Shown here: positions 1 to 11,797 of the stretch, piece by piece
Layout: the number at the start of each line of letters is the position of its first letter
Numbering within the stretch: position 1 is the stretch's first letter
From: Octopus bimaculoides
Lineage: Eukaryota
DNA length: 64,000 bases
Assembly: GCF_001194135.2 (NCBI RefSeq)
Contig: NC_068982.1
Span: 121,190,226-121,254,225 of the forward strand
Direction of reading: 5' to 3'
Program-made: the position numbers and the translations under genes
Notes under the pieces: model-generated
Databases searched by the model: none
What the model was told of the DNA's origin: nothing
What the model saw: the letters and a program-made list of their open reading frames with translations, nothing else

Positions 1-105
1 GCATACGAACAATACACAACGAGACGTAACAAAGAATCCGGGAACTAAAATTATAGAATAGAAATTTGAGAAAAGAAGTCAAAATAAAAGAAACGAGTGA
101 ATTAT

Positions 106-428
106 GAAATGATGGTTGGCACTCCGTCGGTTACGACGACGAGGGTTCCAGTTGATCCGATCAGCGAAACAGCCTGCTCGTGAAATTAACGTGCAAGTGG
201 CTGAGCACTCCACAGACACGTGTACTCTTAACCTAGTTCTCGTGGAGATTCAGCGTGACACAGTGTGACAAGGCTGACCCTTTGAATTACAGGTACAACA
301 GAAACAGGAAGAAAGAGTGAGAGAAAGTTGAGGTGAAAGAGTACAGCAGGGTTCGCTACCACCTCCTGCCGGAGCCTTGTGGAACTTTAGGTGTTTCGCT
401 CAATAAACACTCACAACGCCCGGTCTGG
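106..428 (-). mobile_element. tRNA-derived SINE family A, 3' portion (head in gap)
   Basis: Reverse complement of the body and tail of the complete copy at 59372-59763. Confidence 0.9.
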
Positions 429-528
429 NNNNNNNNNNNNNNNNNNNNNNNNNNNNNNNNNNNNNNNNNNNNNNNNNNNNNNNNNNNNNNNNNNNNNNNN
501 NNNNNNNNNNNNNNNNNNNNNNNNNNNN

Positions 529-585
529 GGTGCTCCAGCATGGCCGCAGTCAAATGACTGAAACAAGTAAGAGTAAAAAGAGTAA
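529..585 (+). mobile_element. SINE family B 3' tail
   Basis: ggtgctccagcatggccgcagtcaaatgactgaaacaagtaa matches the tails of the full copies at 36243 and 60013. Confidence 0.85.
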
Positions 586-950
586 GTGTATATACATACA
601 TACACATATATACATACATACACCCATACATACACATATATATACACCCATACATACACATATGTACTATCTATAAACTTTGTCCATACAAGCTGGGGTG
701 CGCTTTATATTCTAAAAGTCGAAATAGGATATGAGACAAAAAGATCTAACAAATGAAGATTACTTCGTAGAGCCCATGTATTTCTTATTGATTTGATACT
801 AGGTCGGGGACTCTTGAGGATTTTCCTCAATTTGTTACACAGCATAATGCCAAATAAGTATATTCCCGTTCACTTTCACATCTAATCCATATGACCGACA
901 GCTCTCTCTCTCTCCGTCTCTCCGTCTCTCAATCAATCTATCTATCTAAC

Positions 951-968
951 TGCGCGCGCGCGCGCGCG
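951..968. repeat. (GC)n run, potential Z-DNA
   Basis: gcgcgcgcgcgcgcgc in otherwise AT-rich DNA. Confidence 0.8.
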
Positions 969-1242
969 TAGCCTGGATTGACGAGACACACGAGGAAGTT
1001 AAAATAGAAACGAACGTGTTTGCCGCATAACAAATGAAATAAATAAATACATAACTTCTATGTACGGCATTTCTGAGTTTCTCTCTATGTTACATTTGAA
1101 TATAGTCGATCTATGTTTATTCGTTTTAGAGTTAACGTACGCGTTGTAGTGTCTACGTGAGTCAGTTGACACAAACACACATACGTAAGTTTGCGCATAT
1201 GTAAGTATGTATGTATGTATGTATGTATGTATGTATGTATGT

Positions 1243-1445
1243 CATTATTCAATTTCTTGCCAGTAGAAAAGGATCTGTTTTCTATCCTACAACCAAGTTT
1301 CCTTCTCTGGAATTTCATCAACATCAACAGGGAATTTGTGTATGTACGTGTGTACGTCTGCAGTATTTGAAGTCAGTACACGTGCAGATGTGTATGCTTC
1401 GTTTCATGTATTCTCATGCATATAGTTGCAGGTCTAGACATGAGC

Positions 1446-1447
<2 letters not shown>
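1243..1447 (-). mobile_element. R4/Dong-like non-LTR element, 3' UTR only, embedded in (TATG)n
   Basis: Matches the 3' UTR of the copy at 31613-32261 (atttcttgcca..tagaaaa; tattctcatgcatatagttgca..tctagacatg). Flanked on both sides by (TATG)n. Confidence 0.75.
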
Positions 1448-1485
<38 letters not shown>

Positions 1486-1632
1486 GTGTGGGTACGTGCG
1501 TGCGTGCGTGCGTGTATGTATGTATGTATGTATGCATGTATGTATGTGCGTGCGTGTATGTGTGTGTATGTATGTATGTATGCATGCAAGTATGCATGTA
1601 TGCAATCATGTATGTATGTATGTATGTATGTA

Positions 1633-1905
1633 TGAGGACGTATGGCTTATTGGTCAGGGTGCCACACTGACGATCGCGAGATCATAGATTCCATCTTCGG
1701 ACATGGCGGTGTGTTGTGTTCTTGAACAAAACACTTCATTTCACGTTGGTCTGTGATCACTTCGACCTTTGACGCGTGGACACCGTACACTTGTACTGAG
1801 ATGCCGATTTGATGGAGAATGTGAGCTAATGCACAGCACAAGCATTTGATCACCATAGACACATAATTGTGTTCGTTCAGCATGAAATTGCGAATCCCTC
1901 ATCCA
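1633..1905 (+). mobile_element. tRNA-derived SINE family E
   Basis: A-box-like tggcttattggtcagg; body (caaaacacttcatttca..gatcacttc..catttgatcac) shared with 54795-55075. Confidence 0.7.
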
Positions 1906-2058
1906 CGATGTATGTATGTATGTATGTATGTATGTATGTATGTATGTATGTATGTATGTATGTACGTATGTACGCATGTACGTATGTACGCATGTATGTA
2001 TGTATGTATGTATGTATGTATGTATGTACGTATGTACGCATGTATGTATGTATGTATG

Positions 2059-2090
<32 letters not shown>

Positions 2091-2097
2091 AATTGTT

Positions 2098-2361
2098 GAC
2101 AATCACCTGGCTAGGCAAGTTCCCCAGACATGGAGGTCTTCTCTTGCGCTGATTTGACAAGCATTTACACTCTGCTGAGTGGAGCGCAGGTTAGGTGGGC
2201 AGCCTACCTTATTCGAATGCCTGACACACGACTACCCAAACGACTGTTTTACAATGAATTGCCTGAAGGCGGGCATACACAAGTTGGACAGAAAAAAGCA
2301 CTTCAAAGATGCATCCAAAGCCTCGTTGAAGTGCTTTCAGATCAATCCATCGTGAGGATTG
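2098..2361 (+). mobile_element. RTE/BovB-type LINE C-terminal fragment
   Basis: Translation ..SIYTLLSGAQVRWAAYLIRMPDTRLPKRLFYNELPEGGHTQVGQKK then FKDASKASLK fits the RTE QLRWAGHVxRMPDxRLPK motif. Confidence 0.85.
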
Positions 2362-2935
2362 ACCCGCCGACCTCCTTTAACCGGGAGGGCAAGGCAATTT
2401 TCCTATGCCTAGTGGCTGTAGCGAAAGAGTTGGTATGGTGGACCCGTTTGAAAGGGCTAAAGTCAGACACTTTCCTCTTTGGCCAAGGCCTCATCAACTT
2501 TTTCAAGTTCCACTTGAAAAGGAAGATGAGAGTAGAGAGGGAAGTGCTGTCTCATAGCAAATTTGTTGAAAGACGGGTGACTGTTGGAAGAATGGCCAGT
2601 ATGAACGGATCAATTCTTAGAATACACCTGTAGAAAAAGGTAATGTAAAAGGAAAAAGTGCTCTATACCCCTTTCTTAATTTTCTGACCAGGCTCCCGTG
2701 GCTTTTATGGGTTTTTTTCCACGAGTAACCTTTCGAAGCGCCTCCTCCTATTGAGAGTTTTATTTGTTATATCTTTCTTTTTTCTTATTGTTTACACGAA
2801 CGTTTTCTACCTTTCGGACAAAACCCTTTGTAACCTTCGTCCTGTCTTTGTCCTTACATGTTTTTGATTTATATTAGCCCTTGTGGCCAATAAAACAGAA
2901 TTAATTATTATTATTATTATCATTATTATTATTAT
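2362..2935 (+). mobile_element. L1/Tx1-type LINE 3' end
   Basis: LVAVAKELVWWTRLKGLKSDTFLFGQGLINFFKFHLKRKMRVERE..* resembles an L1/Tx1 ORF2 C-terminus; followed by a 3' UTR, AATAAA near 2889 and an (ATT)n tail. Confidence 0.6.
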
Positions 2936-3315
2936 CTTTTAATTTCGCTTCCATTTCTTGTCGAGTGTCTTCTCAACACCTAGGGCAAAAAAAACTCACT
3001 GTATACATTGGTAGGCCATTAAAATAAACACCAGATTGTTCACTTACAAAGTTATGTGATAGAAAAAAAAAGGGGTGGCGGAAGAAAGACAGAGAGAAAA
3101 AGGAAAGAAGGAAAAAGGAAAAAGATGGGAGGTAAGTGTATGTGGGGGGCAGCAAAACTTGTGGATGGTACAAAGTATATTTTAAATTATGTCATCCACA
3201 AACGATACGAAAGACCATATGCTGTCCTATAGTCCAGTCCAACCCATCCATTATTAGACTAATGGCTGTCAAAACATTGATGATTAGTTAGTTACTATCG
3301 CTAATGATAATGATA

Positions 3316-3542
3316 CGAAGGGGTGCTGAAAAGTTCCTGGTTTTAAAGGTGTCACGAAAGGCCTGATTAGAGGCCCAATCTTCTGAGTTCTTTTATAGGG
3401 CTTAGAAAAAAAAAATGAAGAACCGCTACAATAAGTGTATGAATCTGAGAAGGGAATATGTTGGATAAAATCAGACTTAACAGATCCGCCTGCATCTTTT
3501 TTTTTTTTACGCACAGTCAGGAACTTTTCAGCACCCCCATCA
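3316..3542 (+). mobile_element. mariner-derived MITE
   Basis: TA|cgaaggggtgctgaaaagttcctg ... caggaacttttcagcacccc TIRs; interior encodes KNRYNKCMNLRREYVG*, like a mariner transposase C-terminus. Second copy at 41451-41632. Confidence 0.85.
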
Positions 3543-3935
3543 TATTGTTGGATCTCATGAAACATTGGATCACAATAAAAAATACTCTCTTCTTTATATT
3601 GTGAGTCTAAGGCAAGTCAGCCCTGATGAGTCCTTCCTCCTGCAATGTGATGGTGTTTAAACGTAACAAAACGAAACAGCGGAAGTCATGTAAGTTATAC
3701 AATGCTCTCCATATGTGACCGAATGTAAACCATACCTCCATATGGTAAGCATTATCGACGGCGATAATATACAGAACCAGCGAGAGTTATGTGTCATGGA
3801 CATTGACATATCTCACTTTTGACCAACAAAGTGACACGGCTAGCTGTAGCAATAGCAACTACGCATCAGTTGAAGGGTCAACCGTAAGTGCCGTTGCTCA
3901 AGCATGTTATTGTTGACATCGTGTACGCTCATCGT

Positions 3936-3957
3936 GGTCATGTGACTGGGGCGGAGC
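3936..3957. promoter_or_regulatory. E-box (GGTCATGTGAC) adjacent to GC box (GGGGCGGAGC)
   Basis: Consensus matches only, about 1.8 kb upstream of the signal-peptide exon; a perfect CRE TGACGTCA lies at 4603-4610. Confidence 0.3.
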
Positions 3958-4049
3958 CAAACCCACTGATATCACCACATCTCAGCCTGTCTATATTCAT
4001 TACCCGCCTTTCTTTCGTTATCGTCTGCCTTGTATATTAATACTTCGTT

Positions 4050-5200
4050 ATCTCCCACCGCTACTCTACTACTTCGCTTCACTTCTTCCACAGAAGCCGC
4101 TTTCTCCTCTCTCTGTTTTCCTACTTTACCTATTACCCTTCTCTTCTCTACTCCTTCTTTCTTTCTCCAGGAAATTATATAATCTTTCTTTATCTTTTCC
4201 CTCTCTCTACTCCTCCTTTTCTCCTTTTATTTCTCCACTTCATCCTCTCTGTTATTTTCTCTTCTACTTTCTTTCTTCATCTCTCTCCTCTTTCTCATCT
4301 TCCTTTTTCTCTTCCTCTCTAACATTTCTCTCTCCTCCTCTCTCTCTTTCCCATTTCTATTCTCAGTCTCTCTATCTCTATTCTCCTTTTTTTTTATTAA
4401 TACTGTCTATTACCATACACACACATCTTTTTCTTATTTCATTTACATTTTCTTTCCCTGTCTTTACTCAGAGAGATTTCCCTCTCTATTCATTCCCTCA
4501 TACTCTTTCCCCTCTTTTCTCGCACCCCCTCTCTTAGTTTTCTAGTGCTATCTTCCTCTTCTTTCTCCGCCGCCTTCCTCAACTTCTCTATACCTACACT
4601 GATGACGTCATGTATTCCTCTAAGAAACCGTGAACACAGCGTCGTCATCGTCTTCCTCAGAGTTCTTTCGAAGACCATAAAGTAATTTCTGCTTGCTGCT
4701 GCTTCCATTCACATATGGTGGAGCTTCCTATCCTCCTCATTCTACCTCTCTTCTAGATTTCAACCGTACGTACTCCCACTCCTATCTTTCTCCCCACCCA
4801 ACTTTCGGTTTCATTTAGATTCTCCTCATCCTTCTCCTCACCTTGCTTTCTTTTTCAGTTGTTCATAATTTTTTGTACTTTTTACCCGCCATTTTTTGAA
4901 CACACCTACATTTTTTTGTTTCTCTCCCTTTTCTTTCTTTCACTCTAAACATTTTTATATCGACATACATAAACACATACATACATACATACATACATAT
5001 AAAACTCATCTATCACTCAATACAGATTTTACTCTCACTTTCTCAAACCTTCACACCCACAAATTCTCCCTCTCTTTATTTTTTTACATATTCCTCCCCT
5101 TTCCATCCTCCTCTTCCTCCTGTATTTCTCGCAATCCCTCCTGTCCCCCCCCACTCACACTTTGTCTTACGCTCTCACTACTGTCTTCAGTTAACTTTAT
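4050..5200. repeat. strand-asymmetric polypyrimidine (CT-rich) tract
   Basis: About 1.1 kb dominated by C/T on the + strand. Confidence 0.8.
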
Positions 5201-5798
5201 TCTGCTGTAAGCATCACTCGTTCCTTTCTCACCACATTGATGGAGGATGTGAGGGCGACTCACCTGCATTGGAAGATCTCGCAAGACAGAGCAATTTGCA
5301 GAGCAAACAGGAAGTGCAGCTGTTTACAGAGGCAAGTGGAGGACGAAGAAGAAGAAAGAGATAAAGAAGAAGCTACACCAGCAGCAGACTGTCCGTCCTC
5401 TCAGCTTTTAGGACACTTCATATTTCAGAGTCGCATCCCACAACAGATGACAACAACAATAACAAGAATAGCCTCCGCAACAACATAAACAGCTGCAATC
5501 ATAAAACCAAGTAAAAGTAACGTTGACGACGACGACGATAACAACAACAACAACCGTTTCTGTATTAGCCAAATAATAATACTAATAAACTCTGAGAACC
5601 TTTCTTCCACTCACACAAACCAATAAAAGAGATATCTATTTACACAAAGATCTTAAGCTGGCGCAACTACAATTCGAACCTAGTTCTGCATTCTAAACAA
5701 ATAGTCAAATAACCGAACGGAACAGAACAACATCAACACTTGATAACTAAAGCCACCCCTCAAAAGGTGCAATAGTGTGCAATATCACGGCAAGCATC

Positions 5799-5961
5799 AT
5801 GCATTTGGGGTGCACTAGCGGAGTTTGGTGTAGGTACCCGTTGGTGGTCAGCCGTAACCAGCGTGGATGTAAGATGCTGCTGTTCAGCTTCTGGTTCGGC
5901 CTTACAGTTCTCCAGTCAATGGACACGGCACATGGTTACTACACGCTGCCGTTGGATACGG
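5799..5961 (+). CDS. putative first coding exon of a secreted or membrane precursor (signal peptide)
   Basis: MHLGCTSGVWCRYPLVVSRNQRGCK-MLLFSFWFGLTVLQSMDTAHG-YYTLPLDT; both ATGs (5799, 5874) have A at -3; ends at a strong donor G|GTGAGT, phase 1. Confidence 0.55.
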
Positions 5962-6049
5962 GTGAGTGCGCTCTTTTGACCACCCCTTTCATGTGTGTAT
6001 TTGGAGTATGTATGGTTTAGAGTTGTCTAATTAAATATCTGTTTTGTAG

Positions 6050-6142
6050 CGAACAACTCCCGGCAGGTCGATCGGGCCTCGGTTTCGAAGCGCGTTCGAA
6101 GTCAATTCATGGTACCTAATACAGCTGATGTCTCTGGGAAAG
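6050..6142 (+). CDS. putative exon 2 of the same gene
   Basis: 88-nt intron 5962-6049 with CTAAT branch-like site and TTTTGTAG acceptor; the frame stays open across the splice (ANNSRQVDRASVSKRVRSQFMVPNTADVSGK). The 3' end is uncertain (GC donor AAG|GCACGA or ATG|GTACCT). Confidence 0.45.
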
Positions 6143-6163
6143 GCACGACCAAAACACACACGC

Positions 6164-6216
<53 letters not shown>

Positions 6217-6702
6217 TACACTACGCGCGCTCGCACGTACACACGCGCGCGAGCACACTTTTCTATCACTCCCTGAGAACAGGATTTGTTAGTGAATTTG
6301 AAAAGCCGGAATCTCTACTGTTTACAATAGTTGTTGGTCACCGAAGATGAAGAAGATGATGATGATGATGATGTCATTTTTTTTATTATCAATGTTATAA
6401 ACAGTTTTATGACAAGGGAGACGGTGAAATAGTGAGGCGTGACTGCTATGACTGTATTTAGTGTAATACAGTATATGGTGTTGTGTACAGTAGTGTGGTG
6501 AGGTATAGTGTTATGTATAGCATATACAGTTGCATGGTGAGATGTTATGTAGCGTGAGTAGTGATGTTTAATGTGGTAATAAATGTTGTGTTGTGTAATG
6601 AAACGATAGAGAAACAAAACGTAGTGCAGAAGTGTAGTAGAGAAATGAGGCACGATAGTGTTGTAGTATAGTCATAGTGTTTAGGGGATTCACAATGATT
6701 TC

Positions 6703-6808
6703 ATGCTTCAAGCAGACATTCAAAGCCGCAATTCACTGATGCATTTTCTATACTTATGGTTTGGTATGTTCCTTTACTGGGAGTTCTCCCATCTGGTTGT
6801 TTGTGGCG
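6703..6808 (+). CDS. possible alternative signal-peptide exon
   Basis: ..MHFLYLWFGMFLYWEFSHLVVCG then G|GTAAAA, also phase 1; weak donor. Confidence 0.2.
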
Positions 6809-8231
6809 GTAAAAACATTTACATGCCGCAGTTGTTGTTATTGTTGACGAAGATGTTGTTACTACTGTTATTAGATGTTTTTTATCGACGTTATGTTGTG
6901 ATATTGTTAGCTTTTACCTCGTGGAGTAATATATCTACACCGCAACCAAAATCACTACAGGATTGCCACATGTGTTGTTGCATGTAACAGATGGACAGAT
7001 GTCTGACATATGTTATCTTCGTGTGGCGACGGTCAAACAGCTTGATAACAAATACGTGATCTATACAGCTGTCTGTCTTTCTATCAGTATGTCTGTCAGC
7101 TTGCTTATCCGTCCGTTTACTTATCTTTCAGTCTATCGTTAAGTTTAATATTTTTTACAACATACACACGCGTGTGCACGTATCGGTGACGGTGTGTGTC
7201 TTTCTCCCCCACTCTCTCTGTGTCTAATTATCTATCTATCTAAAATGGCCAGGTAAATACTAAGATAAGAGATAATTGGATATATACATACGTTGCGCAC
7301 ATACGTACATACATACATACATACATACATACATACATACATACATACATACATACATAGACACGCGCACGCACACAGACACATAAACATGTTTATGTAT
7401 GTATAAAATGACCCCCTATCTCTCCAAATGCAGACAGTAAAACAAATTGCTGCTTGTAAAGTCTGAGTCAAAGTTAGAAATATACACACACACATTTGAC
7501 AGCTGCGATTTGATTTCAAGCAATGGCATTGCTTAATTGTTCTCTGAGGGTAGCAGGGATGGTGTGGCTTTTCAGTCTTGTTGAGGATCTACACTCTTTT
7601 TGCATAGATGTAGCAGTGATGGGCACCTCTTGCAGCAGATGATCAGAGAAAGCTTACCACTACCACCCATGCTAATACATGCCTTCATTCCATCACGGAA
7701 TCTTTCATTGAATGTTTTGCCTCTTTTTGCCTGTACCCAACCATATTATGTCACACATAATAGATATTCAAATTCAAATAATACCTGAAACTTTTTAAAG
7801 GAAGGAAAAACCTTACACAGGACCAATCCCAGTCTCTAAACAATGTATGCGTTTTCCTATAAAGAAGAACTGGTCTACATTGTTGGATGCTATCGAAGCC
7901 ACAGCTGTTATATCAGAATTTTTCCTTTTCCTAGAGAGATGTCTAAACAAAGACTATGGATCTCTCACTCCTACCTGTTGGATAGCCATTAGCTCTAGTG
8001 ACTCCATTGGCTTTTGACAGGCTTTTTCTTTGGTCCTGCAAGATGTCCAACAAAATCTACCCTCCTTACCAAACAGTCATCTTGGCAGAATTGCCAGTTT
8101 ACAGTGTATTGAGTTTTCCCTTGAAGTGTAGCCTTCTTGATCATTTGATCATAACTAGCTACCTGTCTATCTGTGTTTCTGTCTATCTGTGTTTCTGTCT
8201 ATCTGTGTTTCTGTCTATCTGTGTTTCTGTT

Positions 8232-8270
<39 letters not shown>

Positions 8271-8361
8271 ATCAATTTACATCTACTCTTTTTATTAAAA
8301 TTTTTTCTTATTTATTTACTTATTTATTTATCCTGTTTGGATATTTCAGCATGCTCCTTTT

Positions 8362-8406
<45 letters not shown>

Positions 8407-8410
8407 GTTT

Positions 8411-8515
8411 AATAACAGTTTGACTCAGTTCCATATGACTTAAAGTTTCATGAGTCCATAGGATAGACCAACCTCATCGGATGATATCAGGATGCAGCTG
8501 AGTCAAACTGTTATT
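8411..8515. mobile_element. small MITE-like element
   Basis: Perfect 18-bp inverted repeat aataacagtttgactcag / ctgagtcaaactgttatt. Confidence 0.6.
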
Positions 8516-9019
8516 GTAAAAATATATGTAACTCCTACCAAATGTGTTGAGTATCACTTTCTTTCATATGTCCATTCATTCATATATATATATATATATA
8601 TATAATTTGAGAGAAAGAGGGAGGCTAATTCGCTGGTGTAAAGGTAACACACTTAGTCGCGTTAACAAAGGGATGTGGGTGTGAGTCCCATGCGGATTGG
8701 AAAGCCTTCTTTTTTCTGTTGAGGGCTTAAATACCCTGTTATTAGACTATTTCCGTTAGTCATTGCACGCTGAATGGCATAAGCTTTAAGCTTATATAAA
8801 AATACCATTATTATTATTATTTACAGGATTGTAAAATATGGAGCCANNNNNNNNNNTAAAAATACCATTATTATTATTATTTACAGGATTGTAAAATATG
8901 GAGCCATATAACAAAACCATTTGCACCGAAAGACTGTGTGTGTGTGTGTGTGTGTGTGCGTGCAAGTGTGTGTGTGCATGTATGTGGGTGTCTGTGGACC
9001 TATGTGTGTATGTATGTAC

Positions 9020-9058
<39 letters not shown>

Positions 9059-9150
9059 NNNNNNNNNNNNNNNNNNNNNNNNNNNNNNNNNNNACACACA
9101 CACACACACACATATACATACACATACATGCTGGTCTGTCTGTCTATCTA

Positions 9151-9413
9151 TAGTCCTGATTAGGACGAATGTTACTGCTATTTAACCCCAGGAAACCATC
9201 ATCTCCAACTGGCTATCAATGCACTGTGTCCTTATATTTTCATCAGGGAAATAACCCAGAAACAATTGTGGTATACAGATATTGCTTTGAGCTGAGTGGG
9301 GACACTTGCTCCCTTGTTCGAAAATATAAGGACACAGTTAGTGCATCGATAGCCAGTTTTGACAATGTTTTCCTGGTGCTAAATAGCAGTAACATTCATC
9401 CTAATCAGGACTA
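9151..9413. mobile_element. MITE with ~100-bp TIRs
   Basis: tagtcctgattagga.gaatgttactgctattt.. and its reverse complement ending ctaatcaggacta; TA at both ends. Confidence 0.8.
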
Positions 9414-9867
9414 CCACTTTACAGTGGCAAATAAACTTTACTTTACTGTACTGTTGTTGCATATTTCTTGTTTGGAGATTTGGAACTAATAGTTTTTCAA
9501 TTTATACACACACACACACACACANNNNNNNNNNNNNNNNNNNNNNNNNNNNNNNNNNNNNNNNNNNNNNNNNNNNNNNNNNNNNNNNNNNNNNNNNNNN
9601 NNNNNNNNNNNNNNNNNNNNNNNNNNNNNNNNNNNNNNNNNNNNNNNNNNNNNNNNNNNNNNNNNNNNNNNNNNNNNNNNNNNNNNNNNNNNNNNNNNNN
9701 NNNNNNNNNNNNNNNNNNNNNNNNNNNNNNNNNNNNNNNNNNNNNNNNNNNNNNNTATATATATTATGTAGACAGGGTTAAAATCCAAGCTTTGTCCTCT
9801 TCAAGTACACCAGCATATTTCAGTATTCCAAGTCCATATATATATTTGTGTGAAGGTATCGCTAGCA

Positions 9868-10027
9868 TACTGGGCAAAATGCTTAGCAGCATTTCATCTG
9901 AAGTCAACATTGCCTATCATCCTTTCGGGGTCGATGAAATAAGTACTAGTTGAGCAGTAGGGTTGATGTAATCGACTTAGTCCCTCCCCCAAAATTGCTG
10001 GCCTTGTGCCAAAATTTGAAACCAGTA
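9868..10027 (+). mobile_element. tRNA-derived SINE family C
   Basis: gggcaaaatgcttagc..catcctttcggggtcgatgaaataagtac..aaattgctggccttgtgcc, shared with 21170, 22440, 32370, 33013, 35180 and 55229. Confidence 0.85.
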
Positions 10028-10248
10028 TTTGTGTGCGGTATGCATAAGAGTTCAAAATATTGGTAAGTTTTTTTTTTTTGCAGAACACAAATAATATCAA
10101 AATAGGAGATTTGAAAAATTTTTTTGGAAATATATATTCCCCATTACATGTGCTAATAGGAGTTACAAAATTGTAAAAGATATCACCTATTAGAAATTTT
10201 TCAGACAGAGAATAATGTATATACAAATAATACATATACATTACTATA

Positions 10249-10282
<34 letters not shown>

Positions 10283-10330
10283 CATACATACATATACATA
10301 CACATATATATATATTAAATATATGCATGC

Positions 10331-10406
<76 letters not shown>

Positions 10407-10498
10407 TTAAATTTAGTAATAATGCACTAGAATATGCATATATTCTTCAGTTTGTCACAGTTATCATGACTAAGGACATATTGGAACATCACATACAT

Positions 10499-10770
10499 GT
10501 CTGGTTGTTGCCAGTGCCGTCTGACTGGACCCCAAGCTGGTGGCACGTAAAGAGCACTATTCAAGCGTGGTCGATGCCAGTACTGCATGACTGGTACCCA
10601 CTACACTCTTGGAGTGGTTGGCATTAGGAAGGGCATCCAACTGTAGAGACTTTGCCAGATCGGATTGGAGCCTGGTGCAGACTTCTAGCTTGCCACCCCT
10701 CAGTCAAACCGTCCAACCCATGCCAGCATGGAAGTGGATGTTAAACGACGATGATGATGATGATGATGAC
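10499..10770 (+). mobile_element. SINE family D / RTE-type 3' end with (GAT)n tail
   Basis: ggttggcattaggaagggcatcca..catgccagcatggaa..gttaaacga.gatgatg; same as 55615-55880 and 56583-56752. Confidence 0.85.
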
Positions 10771-10793
10771 ATATAGATAAAGATATGTGTATC

Positions 10794-10854
<61 letters not shown>

Positions 10855-10865
10855 CAAACATATGC

Positions 10866-10898
<33 letters not shown>

Positions 10899-10906
10899 CA
10901 AACATA

Positions 10907-10946
<40 letters not shown>

Positions 10947-11330
10947 NNNNNNNNNNNNNNNNNNNNNNNNNNNNNNNNNNNNNNNNNNNNNNNNNNNNNN
11001 NNNNNNNNNNNNNNNNNNNNNNNNNNNNNNNNNNNNNNNNNNNNNNNNNNNNNNNNNNNNNNNNNNNNNNNNNNNNNNNNNNNNNNNNNNNNNNNNNNNN
11101 NNNNNNNNNNNNNNNNNNNNNNNNNNNNNNNNNNNNNNNNNNNNNNNNNNNNNNNNNNNNNNNNNNNNNNNNNNNNNNNNNNNNNNNNNNNNNNNNNNNN
11201 NNNNNNNNNNNNNNNNNNNNNNNNNNNNNNNNNNNNNNNNNNNNNNNNNNNNNNNNNNNNNNNNNNNNNNNNNNNNNNNNNNNNNNNNNNNNNNNNNNNN
11301 NNNNNNNNNNNNNNNNNNNNNNNNNNNNNN

Positions 11331-11385
<55 letters not shown>

Positions 11386-11699
11386 CACATATGTATATCT
11401 ATGTATATGTTTATATATGTGTGTGATGCTCCAATATGTCCTTAGCCATGATAACCATGACAAACTGAAGAATATATATGTATGTATATTCTAGTGCGTC
11501 ATTACTAAATTTAACCGCCTCACCTTAGACTCTAGGTCAAGCAAATGAGGGAACCATCCTAGTATGTTTCTCTAAAGAGAAATATTTCATGCCATACTGG
11601 TTAACATGTCACTTAACCCACTGAGGGATTCCGATGCTTCTGTAATTTATTTAATCTATGCACCTGCTCTCTCTCCCATTCTGGTTATCACAATGTTGT

Positions 11700-11756
11700 C
11701 ATTATATTGATCACAAATGCATCATCACCATCATCACTTTGAACACACACCATCAA

Positions 11757-11797
<41 letters not shown>

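Noticed and set aside
3615-3690. ctgatgagtcc ... acgaaac hammerhead-like words
   Set aside because: Stem II pairs only 2 bp and no stem I can form.
4490-4708. 72-aa minus ORF MEAAASRNYF..
   Set aside because: Largely forced by the CT-rich tract; no recognisable domain or clear splice context.
8630-8710. tRNA-like sequence with A/B-box words
   Set aside because: No cloverleaf; most likely a decayed SINE head, not a tRNA gene.
8796-8908. 50-bp tandem duplication
   Set aside because: Identical copies either side of a 10-N gap; assembly overlap artefact.
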